DNA from: Camelus dromedarius
Taxonomy: Eukaryota
NCBI RefSeq assembly: GCF_036321535.1
Contig: NC_087447.1
Coordinates: 43,030,001-43,094,000 of the forward strand
DNA: 64,000 nt
Direction of reading: 5' to 3'
The notes under the pieces are model-generated. The model did no database searches and was not told where the DNA came from. It was given only the letters and a program-made list of their open reading frames with translations. This document shows positions 12,221-24,220 of the stretch, one piece after another (the stretch's first letter is position 1; the number at the start of each line of letters is the position of its first letter). The position numbers and the translations under genes were made by a program.

Positions 12221-13101
12221 ATCAAAATGGATAATTTTTGTGTTTTACCAGGGCACACAATTTGGAATTGGTTTAGGTATTACCTAGAAAAAAACTTACT
12301 GAATTATCTAGTTAATTATTTCTAATTTTATGATAAACTGTTATATAGGTTTATCATTTTAATTTTTGTTTTTGTTCTTTTGGTTTTTGTTCTTTTGTGA
12401 ATACAATTTAGTAACATTTTGATTAATTCTGGACTGTGTTCTACTCACTCGATATCCTGACAATTTACCCAAACCCTTTTTTCTTGTTCCTGTGTTTGTA
12501 GAAAATTTTTCTGTATGTTTGTGCTCTTTCTTGTCTTGAAACCTAATCAACATATTTTAGCTCTTTAATGATTGTACATCCTGCCAGTGGGGGGCTGTGT
12601 TTCCCTCCAGGCTGGTAGGCTCTTTGTTGAGGAGTTGCTGCTTTTCAGTTCCTTGAGACCTAGCGACGGGCAGAGCGGAAAGAGGGACCGCGGGTCAGTC
12701 CTGAACCGCCCCCTGGAAGGTGCAGTGCGGCTGGCCCACCTTCCGTGCTCAGAATCCTGTCAGAAACCTGCAGAAAGAGACCTGACAGAGTGACCTGGGT
12801 GATTTTGATTTACTCATGGGGAACTTCTTCTTCACCTACTTGATAGCAAGTGTCTAGATAATAAGGTTAACATTTATTCAGATATTTTGAAATAACCATA
12901 TTTTTGCCATAATATAAACATAAATTTACTGAATTCCTTTCATCCTCTCTTGTCTGTTAACAACTCCTGCTGTGCTTAGCAGCTGTGTGTATTTTATATC
13001 CTTGTTAAAAAACAATGTCCTAAAAACCCATGTTTGCATTTCATCATTGAACATAGTTTGAAATTTTTCCTGTTAGCTGACTTGGCATTTTATATGTATG
13101 C

Positions 13102-13270
13102 GCACACACACACACATACACGCACACATACACACACTCACACATATATACATATACACATGTACATATACTCACACACTCATACACATGCATTACACAT
13201 TTATACACACATGCATCTACTATATACTCACAGGTGCACAAACATAGATCCATATCTATGCATTCAAACA
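13102..13270. repeat. (CA)n/(CATA)n compound microsatellite / low-complexity tract
   Basis: Directly visible. Confidence 0.9.
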
Positions 13271-15554
13271 CATGTTATCTTTTGTATTCTTGGAGTATAT
13301 CTATATTTGTCACTGAATCTGATGTAAAGTGTCCATGTGAACCAAATGTTTGGTTGTCCTCCGTCTCCTTTTCCAGTGCTCTGTCATGTCTCCACTCCTC
13401 CCTTCCCTCTGAGAGTCACAGAGTCATGGGACTTGCCATGCTGTTCTCACTACTTCCGATTAGGGAACCGAAGCATTGGCATTGGAGGTGCTTAGGGATG
13501 CCAGAACTATACCCAGTGGATCGAAAACTTAAGCATATAGATTTCTACTCATCAACAGGAACTTTTCCACCTGCAGTAGAACAGGCTGGAACATGGATAA
13601 CGTAAACCCCACCTTACAATCACTGAAAGTATTCAAGCAGACTCTGGAAAGCTGCTTGTTATAAGTGCTGTAGCAGGAGTTTCTGCAAGACGGATAGGAG
13701 TCTGCCCTGGATGTCCTCTCAGGAACTTCCCCATGCTTAGTTTTGGCTGTGATACCTTGGGAGGAATACCTTACCTTATTTGGGAATTTTTCCAAGCAGT
13801 GTTACCCCTGAAAAGAAAGACTTCTTATGCATATTAAGGTTTTTTTCCACAGATTTTTATGAATAAATATTACTTTGTTAATTATATTGAAGTTGAGTTT
13901 ATGTTAAGGAATGACTTCTTTTTTTCAAATCTTCATTAACAGTAAATGGAGTGTAAAGGTCTGAAGTGATAACTGAAGATAGGGCTGGCCGTTTGGTCTT
14001 GTGTCCACACAGGAGTCACAGAGGAACTAATATTCTTAAGAGTGAAATTGTAATTGTATTAAAAATCATTCTATGAATGTTGAAATATTTCCCATGGGAA
14101 AATGTATCTGTTAAAATTAGATTATATGGACAGTTTGATGTGATCAATAATTTACACCTCCTAAATTAAAGAAATGTATACGATTATTTTTCCATTAAAA
14201 TATTTGAAATTTGACTTTACTTTGAATGGAAATCTGCGGGCAGTTCCTGCTTTCCATTGTGTCATTATTTTGTCTTCTGGAGAATCTCATAAATCCATTT
14301 AGAGCTCCTGATTTTGTATTTCTCATAAGCCAGGGTAATCACACTTGTTAGAGAAGTGGCAAAGCACTCGGAAAACTAGTTGAGAAAGTGAGGATTTGTT
14401 AAAAACAAAAACATTTAAACTAAGCACCTCCTTCTTTCCGTGAGTGACTGTTCCTTAGTTTTAAGTGCCCTGGGCATTATGGAAAATAGTCTGCATCTCC
14501 TCATTGTTCGTGTTTGGACTGACGTATCACACTTCGCTTTTTCAAACTTGTTTTCAAATAGTTGGCATTTGGCAGCGTCCTTTTTTCCCTTTCATTTTCA
14601 ACCTTCAGTCTGTTGTAGGTAATTGTATTTTTTGAAGATAGAAATGTTCTCACCTTGTATGTCTTGTGTTTTACTGACTGGGTACATCTAGATAATGTTT
14701 TGTGTTATTAGGAACCCTCTAAATTTTCTCCAGTGGGTTCTTCATCTACTCTATCAGACAGACCCATGACTTTAACTCCTACGGCAGTATTTACTCATCT
14801 TCAAATGAGACACTTGGCAGACGATTGCTTATTGCAGGAGCATGCCTTTTGACGTTAGGTCCTTAGTGATTTCTGATAAGTAGACAATACTATCATTATT
14901 CATTAAACTCAGAAAACAATTGTAAAGAAATGAATGTCTGTAATTAAAATGCACCTCCCCATAACCGTGGAGGGAGAGACTAGCAACTCTGGATGTGATA
15001 GAAGTATATTTGCATTCTAGAATTCTAGCTTCATAAAGGAGAAACTTCTTAGTTGTTAAATTATTTATTGAACACAGCCTTAAATATACTTATATAATGA
15101 AAATGGAAGATTTCTGTGATCATTTTTCCTGACTGAAAACATGGTCTTTACAGTATCATAGGAGATGGTACGTGTAGCAGATGCTTTACCTAGTCTAGAA
15201 AGGAGAAAGGCATGGTGGCTTAGAAACTTTGAAAAGTTATTTTGATCAATGAAATGTATTCATGTAGCATTTCTTCAGACAAGGAATGTTTGAATTTAAA
15301 TAAGATTGAAATTCAACGGTTGAACTATGTGGTATATTGACCTGTTGCTATGAGGAAAAAGTCAAGTTTTCTTGGTATTTTAGTGCAGTAGAATAAAAAT
15401 TTTGTTTTTGTGACAAATTGAATCTTAGTTCCCTGAGCCCATATGAGTCACGTGTAAATTTGGTGGTGCTTCCATGACTTTGGCACACTTTTCTGCTCCA
15501 GTGTGGAAGCACTGCAGTCTGGCATGTGTGTCCAGGCACTCTATATAAAATATC

Positions 15555-15775
15555 ATACTGGTTAAAAGCACAGGCTCCAGATCTGGCTGCCTGAACTCAA
15601 ATCCTGGCTTAACCACTTGCAAGCTTTATGATCTTGGGCAAGTTTCTTGGCCTCCGTTTCCTCATCTCTGAAATGGGAATGATAATAACATCAACCAAGG
15701 ACTGAATGAAATCATGCATCTTGACTAAGGTAAGCACTCATTAATGTTAGCTGTGACTACTTTTATTGTTATATT
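15555..15775 (+). mobile_element. MIR SINE
   Basis: tggttaaaagcacaggctccag...caaatcctggc...ttgggcaagtt...cctccgtttcctcatctctgaaatgggaatgataata (MIR core). Confidence 0.85.
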
Positions 15776-15936
15776 GCTAAAGAACTTGCATGGAATATTG
15801 CTGAAATTCCATGTTCTTTCCTGCCTGCTTTGAGACACACGTGTGGGAGTAAACTAAGAAATATCATTTTCGAAGGTGATACGGAGATGCTTCCAACCTC
15901 ACTTGCCCTCTGAATTTGGTGAGGTCCCTAGGGCTC

Positions 15937-16909
15937 TGTGGTTGATTGGATTATTTTTCCCAATGGTTTAATCCCTCTCTGTAAGGGATTTGTTCACTCA
16001 TACCCTTTACCTTGTGATTTTTCTCCTATTAGAGTAGATGGACATTTTTTCATCTACTGTTGTTGGTCTTAGGTTTGGACTAACAATATTGTTGAGCTGA
16101 CTTTGGCCAATGGAATGTTAAGAGGTGCAGTGGAAGCAGAGACCTTAGAAGTGTTTGCATGATTTGGCTTGCTCTCTTGCATTTCTGCCTCCTGCCATGA
16201 GAAGAACATGCCTGCAGAAGCCACAGTTTCTGGAATCATCTCAGCCTGAAGTCTAGCTTAGCACTGCCAAGCCCTACAGTAATTGGGAACAATGAATGTT
16301 TGTTGTTATAACATGGTGAGACTTTTATAGTTCCTTGTTCTGTAGTTGTACAGAAAAGAGTTAACATAGCAGGCCTAACTGCTATCCTTGAAAAGGCTTT
16401 CCTTGCAAGGTTGGCCCTTGGCTGGCTTCTGAAACTTAGATTTGGGGACCGTTGCTACCACTAACTGATAAGAATGATTCATTGTGCCTAAACGTGCAAA
16501 CAGTATGGTTTATGCTGAACACCTGCATTCCTCCTGGGAGTCAGGGATTTTAGTAGGTGCTAGGTAGAGGCTGTCTACATGACTGGCTCAAATAAAAATC
16601 CCTTGTGCTACATCTCTAAGAGCTTCGCTGCTTAGCAACGTTTCATATGTGTTGTCAGAATTTGTTGCTGGAGTAATTAAGTGCATCTTGTGTGACTCCT
16701 GGGAGAGGACTCTTAGAAGCTTGAACATGGTGTCCACTGGACTTCTCAAGTGCCTTTTCCCTTTGCTAGTTGGGCTCTGTATCTTTCACTATAATAAATT
16801 ACAGCAATGAGTACAGCTATATGCTGAGTTCTGTAAATCCTCCTAGTGAATCATGGGACCTAGGGACCACCCAGACTCAGTAGCATAGCAGCAATAGCTG
16901 ACTAATACA
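15937..16909 (+). mobile_element. MaLR LTR (MLT1H-like) interrupted by a MER21-like LTR
   Basis: tgtggttg... start; gactttggccaatggaatg...ctgccatgagaagaacatgcc core; terminus gcaatagctgactaataca at 16891-16909 resumes after the insert. Confidence 0.7.
16347..16879 (+). mobile_element. ERVL-class solo LTR, MER21A-like, complete TG...CA
   Basis: Starts tgtacagaaaagagttaacatagcaggcct...gcaaggttggcccttggctgg and ends ...cccagactca; 5-bp flanks GTAGT/GTAGC (near-perfect TSD). Confidence 0.8.
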
Positions 16910-17269
16910 GGTACAAGTAAGTAACTATGGTAACATGAATTTTGACGTATTGTTCTTTGATCTAATGCTGTGTGCAATGCCAGTTGCTAGTTTGGATTCA
17001 TAGGCTTCCAGAAACAACAAGGCTTTTGTCTCTACTTCTGTTCCCAGTAGAACCTCCTGTGTAAGTCTTAGGTTTCACCGTGGGTTTAGGCCGACTTTCA
17101 CAGTTGAAGGAATTTATTAATGAATCCTTTCAAATCATTTCCCTACTTTCCCAAGCCTGGCTTTTGCTCAGCTCCCCTTAGGGTACTATAGCTGTTAGTA
17201 TATGCTGTGTATATTTTTCCCTATGGAGAACCAATCCGTTGGTTTGGGTTATAACAAATATAGCTCTCT

Positions 17270-18380
17270 AGTGTCATTTCCCTTCAGCCTGATGAACTTC
17301 CTTTGCATTTCTTGTATTGCATGTCTGCTAGTGATGAATTCTCTCAGTTTTCTTTTATCTAAAAATATCTTTATTCTGTCTTGATTTTTGAAGGATGTTT
17401 TCTCTGTTTACAGAATTCTAGTTTGACAGATAATTTTGGTCCACACTTTAAAGAGGTTATTCTGCTGCCTTCTAGCGTCCAGATTCTCTGATTAAAAAGT
17501 CACTGGTAATTTGAAATATTCTTTCCCTATATGTAATGTGTCACTTTTCTCTGAATGTTTCTAAGATTCTCTCTTTATCTTGGTTTTTAGCGGTTTGAAA
17601 GTGATATTGCTGGGAATGCTCTGAACTTCTTGAATCTGTATTTCTATCTTTTGCCAAGTTTGGAAAATTTTGTCATTATTTTTTTCTTATTATTTTCTGA
17701 GACTCTTTAATTTCTCACATGTTAGACTGTCTCATACCATTCTAATAAGTCTCCAGAGCTGTATTAATTTTTTTCAATCTGTTCTTTAAATTGGATACAT
17801 TCTCCTGATCTGTCTTCAGGTTTTCACTTTCCTCTCTTATCTCCATTTTCCTATTAAACTTACCTAGTGGATATTTAATTTCAGATATATTTTATTCTAA
17901 AGTTTGCATTTGGTTCTTTTTTATTATTTCTGTTTCTCTGTGGAGACCTGCTTTATTCATCAGAGAATTTTTCACTTTACATTATTGTTAATAGTGATGA
18001 TAACTGCTTTAAAATCCTTGTTTGCTAATTCCAACATCTATCTGGGTCATCTCAGGGTCCATCTCTATTGATTATTATATCTGTTGAGTAATTTTGAATT
18101 GTATCCTGGACATTGGAAGTATTGTGTTGTGATGACTCTAGATTTGCTTGGTTCCTCCAAAAAGTGTTTATGTTTCTGTTTTAGTAGCAGTTAGTTGATT
18201 GGATGAAAACTACAAATTGTCTCTTAGCCAGCAGTTCAAATCTTAGGTAGGCTCATTTATCTTTAGCTGAGCAGAATTTAGGATATCCCTTCTCTGGCTG
18301 TCTCCTTTCAGGAGTTCTCTATTCTTTGGATTTGGGGGTTGCTTTGAATTCTGTCCTTTAACTCTTTAGATCAGAGACAG
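17270..18380 (-). mobile_element. Old LINE-1 5'/ORF1 region, antisense
   Basis: gcatttcttgta...tctgctagtgatgaattctctcagtttt...tttttgaaggat...agaattctagtttgacag, reversed L1 ORF1. Confidence 0.75.
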
Positions 18381-18399
18381 AAAATAGTGAAAGCATCCA

Positions 18400-21395
18400 G
18401 GGTAGAGTGTGGGGGGTGCATTGCCATCAAAGGAGCAACATTTGACATATCAGCAGAAATAATGGAAACCAATGGAATGGAAGGCAATGGAATGACATTA
18501 ATATAGTGATAAATGGGAAACAAAACAAAAAACCTGCCAACTTGGAATTTTGTATCTAGTGATAATTTCCTTCAAAAATAAACATAAAATAAAAAACGTT
18601 TTCAAGTATGTAAAAGATGAGCAAATTTCTTACCAGCATATCTTACTATAAGAAATACTATAAGAAAATTTTCAAGCTGAAACAAAATGATCCCAGATAA
18701 AAGTACTGAATTATGGGAAGGTATGAAGGGCATTGGGAAGAGTAAATATGTGAGTAAATATAAAATAATGTCGACTGTTTAAAACAGTAGCTATAATAAT
18801 GAGATCGAAGCTTTATCTCAATAAACTAGAAAAATAACAGCAAATTAAGCACCCTCCTAACAAAAATTGTAGGAAGGAAATGACTTTTTTTTAAAATATA
18901 ATGATGATTTAGTGCTAATACATTAGAAAATGTACATAAAATGGCCAAACTCCTTAAAAAAAAAAACAAAAAACCAAAACAGATACACAAAAATAGAAAA
19001 CCTAAATAGTTCTTATTTTAAAAACTGAATTTGTAATTAAGAACTTTCTAGTGTAGTGTAGACAATTCCAGTCCCAAATGATTTCACTGGTTAATTCTTA
19101 CAAATATATAAGGAAGAAAGAAGAGAAAGCTTATTCATACAAACTCTTGAGAATATTTCCCAACTCATTTATAAGGCAAGTGTAACATTAATACCAGAAC
19201 ATGATGGGGATATTATCAGAAAATAAAGTTACTAGTAAATATCTCTCATAAAATATAGACACAAAAATCCCCAAGTTTGATATTAGCAACTGAATCCAGA
19301 AATACATTAAAAAGATAATGCATTATGATCAAGTGTATAGTATATCAAGGAATGTAAGTTTGGATTAACATTGAAAAATCAACCAATGTAATTCACCATA
19401 TTAATAAGTAAATGAGAAAAGCCATATAATTATCTCAGTAATTTTTTTCCTTTCAAGATATTTATTTTTTAAAGCATTTGATAAAATTCAACACTCAAAC
19501 ATGAGGAAAAACCATCAGCAGACTAGGAACAGATGGGAATTTCTTTTACATATGAAGGAATGTTTACCAAAAAAGAATAAAGAAAGAAAGAAAACCCCTC
19601 TAAATCTAATATAATTCTTAATGGTGAAATATTGAACACTTTCCCACTGAAGGTAAGAGATAGGCAAGGATGTCCTTTCTATTTCTCCTTAACATTGTAC
19701 TAGAGGCCTTTGCCAAAGCAACAAGGTAAGAAAAGAAATAAAATTATATAGATTGAAAAAGAAGAATAAAAGTGTGTCTCTTTACAAGTGACATGGTTGT
19801 GTACATAGAAAATCCCAAGGAATCATCCAAAAGTGAACTTAAAGTGCAGGATGCAAGATCTCTATACAAAAATTAATTGTATTTTTATATGCTAACAATG
19901 AACAACTTGGAAAACAAAATTTTAAAAACCATTTAAAGTATTATTGAAAAACGTGAAGTACTTAGTGATAGAGCTAATAAAATGTATGTGAAATATTTAT
20001 ACCAACCCCACAACATGTTGCTGAGTGAAATTGAAGAAGACTGAAATATATGGAGAGCTATACTATGTTCATGGATTGGAAGATCTACTACTTTGTTAAG
20101 ATGTCAATACTCCCCAAACTGATTTATAATTTTAAAGCAATCCCAAATGAAATCTATAGCTTTTGCTTTTCTGATAGACACTGATGAGTTGATTCTAAAA
20201 TTTATTTGGGAACACATAAGACCTAGAACAGCCAAAATAACCTGGTTTAAAAGCTAAGTTATAAAACTCCTAGGAGAAAATGTTGCAGAATATCTTCTAA
20301 ACAGAGTAGTCAAAGATTTCTTAAAACATAGAAAGCACTTTAAAAATGGATTGGACTTCATCAAAAGTAAACAGATTTGCTCATCTAAAACATATTAAGA
20401 AAAGGAATAGGCAAGCCACAGACAGGGAGAAGATATTTTCAATAAATATATCTGACAAAGGACTTATATCCAGAATATAAAGACAATTCCTACAACTCAG
20501 TAATAATAAGATAACTCATTTTTTTAAATGAGCATAAGACTCAAAACAGACACTTCAGATGGGAAGATATACAAGTAGTCAATAAGCATTTGAAAAAATG
20601 TGCAACATCATTAGTCATCAAGAAAATGCAAATGATATCAGGAAAAGTTACAATGATAATATCACTACACTCTTTCTAGAATGCCCCTAATTTAAAAGCA
20701 CTGGCAACTCGAAATTTTAGCAAATATTGGAGCAACTGGAATGTTCCTGCATTGCTGGAGAGAATGCAAAATGGTACAGTTCTTTTGGAACACAGTTGGG
20801 CAGTTACTTATAAAGTTAAGCATTTACTTACCATTTACCCAGAAATCCCAAATTTAAGTTCAAAAAAGGATTTCTGGAATATGTTTATAGCAGCTTTATA
20901 TATAAAAAGAGCCCAAACTGGAAATAGCCCAAATATTCATTAATAGAAGAAAGAACACACAAATTGACCCCATCCATACAATGGAGTACAACTTGGCAAT
21001 AAAAAGGAATGAACTACTAATATACACAGATTAATCTCAAAAACATGTTATAACACAATGAGAATCTATAACTATCTCAATAAAAATTTCCATTAAAAAA
21101 CATGTTAAGCAAAAGAAGTCAGACACAGAGAAGTACATACTGTATGTTATTTCATTTATATGAACTTTGAGAAAAGACAAAAATAATTTATGTTGCAAAA
21201 TATCAAAACTCTTGTTGCCCCAGGCTGGGAGGGAGTTGACTGGGATGTGGCATGAGGGAGCTTCTTGGAGAATTGTTCTATTTCTTGATTGGGGTGTTGG
21301 TTACATGGGTCTGTGCATTATCAAAACTCATCAATCTGTGCATCTGAGGTTTGTACATTCTACTGTATGTAAATTATACTTTAATTAAAAAGAAA
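18400..21395 (+). mobile_element. Old LINE-1 (L1MC/MD-like): ORF1 remnant, deleted ORF2 and 3' UTR
   Basis: tgttcatggattggaaga...ttaagatgtcaatactccccaaactgatttata, aatggtacagttcttttggaacacagttgggcagtt; ends ...tactgtatgtaaattatactttaattaaaaagaaaa. Confidence 0.85.
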
Positions 21396-22228
21396 AGAGA
21401 TATTTATATCTTCTCTAATTTGCAAGTTAGATTTTGTTTTCATTAACTCTATACAAGGCCTAGCTCTTTATGTGGACAGCCTTATATAAGAAATCTATAT
21501 ATTTGGAAGTCAATTTCTCTTCTTCCGCTTGCTTTTCTTTCCCTTCCTTCTTCCTTCTGAAAACCACAGAGATGTGAGAGAAAGTAGGTGACCATTGCAA
21601 GTAAAACTATAGCTGAAGATCTTAGTATCAGAATATTCTGTCACTTGGACCTTGTGCAGGCCTATAATTTGAATGTGTGACTCTAGAAATGGTTGCTATG
21701 GTGATAAACCACTTTACTTAAATAGCATGTATTTTACTCAAAATTCAGAGAAATGGTAACAGTTTTTAGTAATCGTGCACTGGTATTAACTTGCAGGGCT
21801 ATGCCTAGAGCTTACAGGTTTTGCATCCATTATCACCAGATGAGTTCATCAGGTTAAAGTTATGCCAGTGAATAATGAAATATATATACATATTTAGCCC
21901 AATTTTCTTGTGACACATCTCCCGTTGCACACATGGAGCCCCGTTTTCAAGATTAATAGTATAATCTGGAGAAATCAGGCCCAGGGTGCTGAATTACTAA
22001 GAGATGGAACTGGAGGGAACCTTGTAAGGTCATCATTTCCATCCTTCTGCCTCCAGTAGGAATGGCTTTTCTTCAGCAGTCCCAAATGGTAAGAATGTCA
22101 AAGATGAGGAACAATTGAAATACTGCTTGGGGGGAGCCCCTGGTGTAACCATCCTGACTGCAGCGCTCAGGGATGCTGTTTAGCTCCAGAGTGCTGAAAT
22201 CTGTCCCCTCTTCATTTTATAGAGAGTA

Positions 22229-22230
22229 AT

Positions 22231-22270
<40 letters not shown>

Positions 22271-22342
22271 TATGTGTGTGTATATATATACACACACATA
22301 CATATATATGTGTGTATATATGTATATATATATATATATATA
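22229..22342. repeat. Compound (TA)n(CA)n(TG)n microsatellite
   Basis: Directly visible alternating purine-pyrimidine tract. Confidence 0.95.
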
Positions 22343-23499
22343 GCCTCTTATTCTTTATATTTTTAGATTGGAGAGCTCTCTTATAAAGAAACCTCTACCC
22401 ATTAATCCTATCAGTAGCCTATATGTCAACCTTCTCTGGTCCCTTTATATCTATTCAGACTGCTTGCAGTGTTTCAGGTATGAATTTTTCACAATTTTAT
22501 CTAAGGATAGAATAATTTTTTTCTTTGATTTCTAAGATGCTTTCTGATGATAGCCAGGTTCTCTTGGTCACTGTGAAATGGTGTATTACATCAGTATCTT
22601 TAGAGGACAGTCTACAGTGATTTTTAAATCTTCTCTTAGAGAACAGTCTACAGTGAATTTTAGATGGTCTTTTGGATTGATAATGATGGCCAACAGTCTC
22701 ATAATGATCATTTAGATAGACTCTTTCCTCCTGGAGAAGAATATTGAAATTGCTCTCTCATCTTTCTCCCCCTTATCTTACAATCTTATGGGAGCTCATC
22801 ACCATCTATACACCTTTCATGACCCAGAAGATCTTAGTAACTTCTGTAGCCTGGGTAATTTAACTTTTCGTTCCTCTGCCCTGTTACTTGCAAAATTATA
22901 AAATTGCATCAGTGATAGCATAGATCCCCAAAGAATCCCATCATCTATGAGAGAATAGAAGGAGAAACTTAAATTTTAGATAACCTATAACCTACAAAAG
23001 AAATTCTTCAAAAATCCTAGAGAAAAACCTGAAAGTTGGAATCTGCCTTGGCTGCTTATATTCCGAGAAGATGAGAAGCTTGGTTTTGGTAAAGAAAGCT
23101 ATAGTTTGACCTGAGGGCACAGTGAGGGCCAGCCTGCATCCATGTTTTGTTAGCATCAGAGAAGAGTTTCAATGAGGGGATATTTAAGAGAGAAGACTCA
23201 GTCTTCAGGAAAGCTCTTGTGATTAAACAATAGCACCCTAAACTTAATGCAGCTGCAAATTAGCAAAGAGAAATGCAAAAGTACATGCACACATGATACT
23301 TTACAAGCTACACACACATACACAGAAGCTTTTAAGCATTTGCAATAAATATTGCTATCTATTAGAGATAAATAGATTTGCACTGATGTTACCAGGGAGT
23401 CAAGGAACATTGTGATTTGTTTAGGTACAGCCAGTTTTAGGCCAGTTTTGATACTCAATCAAAACATGGCTGACTATATTAGTTTTAATATGTATTACA

Positions 23500-24220
23500 T
23501 ACCAAATTGAAAAAGAAATAGGAAAACAGACACTTATAATGTTGCCAGTAAGAGTATAAGTTGGTACAGCTGCAGTGGAAGGCAGTGTGGTGATCTCTTT
23601 CAAAATTACAAATCCATATAACTTTGGACCCAGAAGTTCTAATTCTAAAATATATGCCCTGTAGATATATTTACACATGTACAAAATGACACAAGTACAA
23701 GATTATTCACAGCAGCATTATTTGTACTAGTTAAGATTGGAAACAACCTGAATGTCCATTATCAAGGAGCTGGCTAAATAAATTATGGTACATTCAAACA
23801 AAAGAATACTGCAGAGCTGAAAGAAGCATGTGAACTCTTTTTTATATTGACATAGAATGATGTTCAAGATAATTGTTAGTTAAAAAAATCGAAGCGTAAA
23901 TGAGTGATTATTGTGGGCTACCATTTGTGTAAAAAGGTGACAAGAAAGTGCATCAATACACGGACTAGATTGAACAATACGAAATTGCCATTTTTAGGCT
24001 GTTTTTGACTTGTTAAAATGATGACCAGTTCCATTTGGTTCCACCTGATATTTGCTTGAAGTTGCTCAAAAATATCTTTGGAAGTGTACACTGTAAATTG
24101 ACGGTGTTGGTTGTCTTTGATGGGGGGGGGGGGGTGGAGCCGAGTTAAGGAGGGGACAAGGAGGAGATTTTGAGCACTGTGAATATTAAGTCATGGGGAG
24201 ATACTACCTGCTTGAAAAAT
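23500..24220 (+). mobile_element. Old LINE-1 (L1ME-like) 3' region, interrupted by MADE2
   Basis: aagttggtacagctgcagtggaaggcagtgtgg...gtacaagattattcacagcagcattatttgta...ggaaacaacctgaatgtcca. Confidence 0.7.
23965..24048. mobile_element. MADE2-like mariner-derived MITE (~84-bp quasi-palindrome)
   Basis: ctagattgaacaatacgaaattgcc...ccagttccatttggttccacctga followed by TA; the ends are degenerate inverted repeats resembling ttaggttgaaccatatgaaattgcc. Confidence 0.65.

Noticed and set aside
22600..22665. 30-bp direct repeat with 36-bp period (27/30 identical), superficially CRISPR-like
   Set aside because: Only two units with a 6-nt gap in a mammalian intron, i.e. a simple local tandem duplication. 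A similar 15-bp duplication lies at 639-673.
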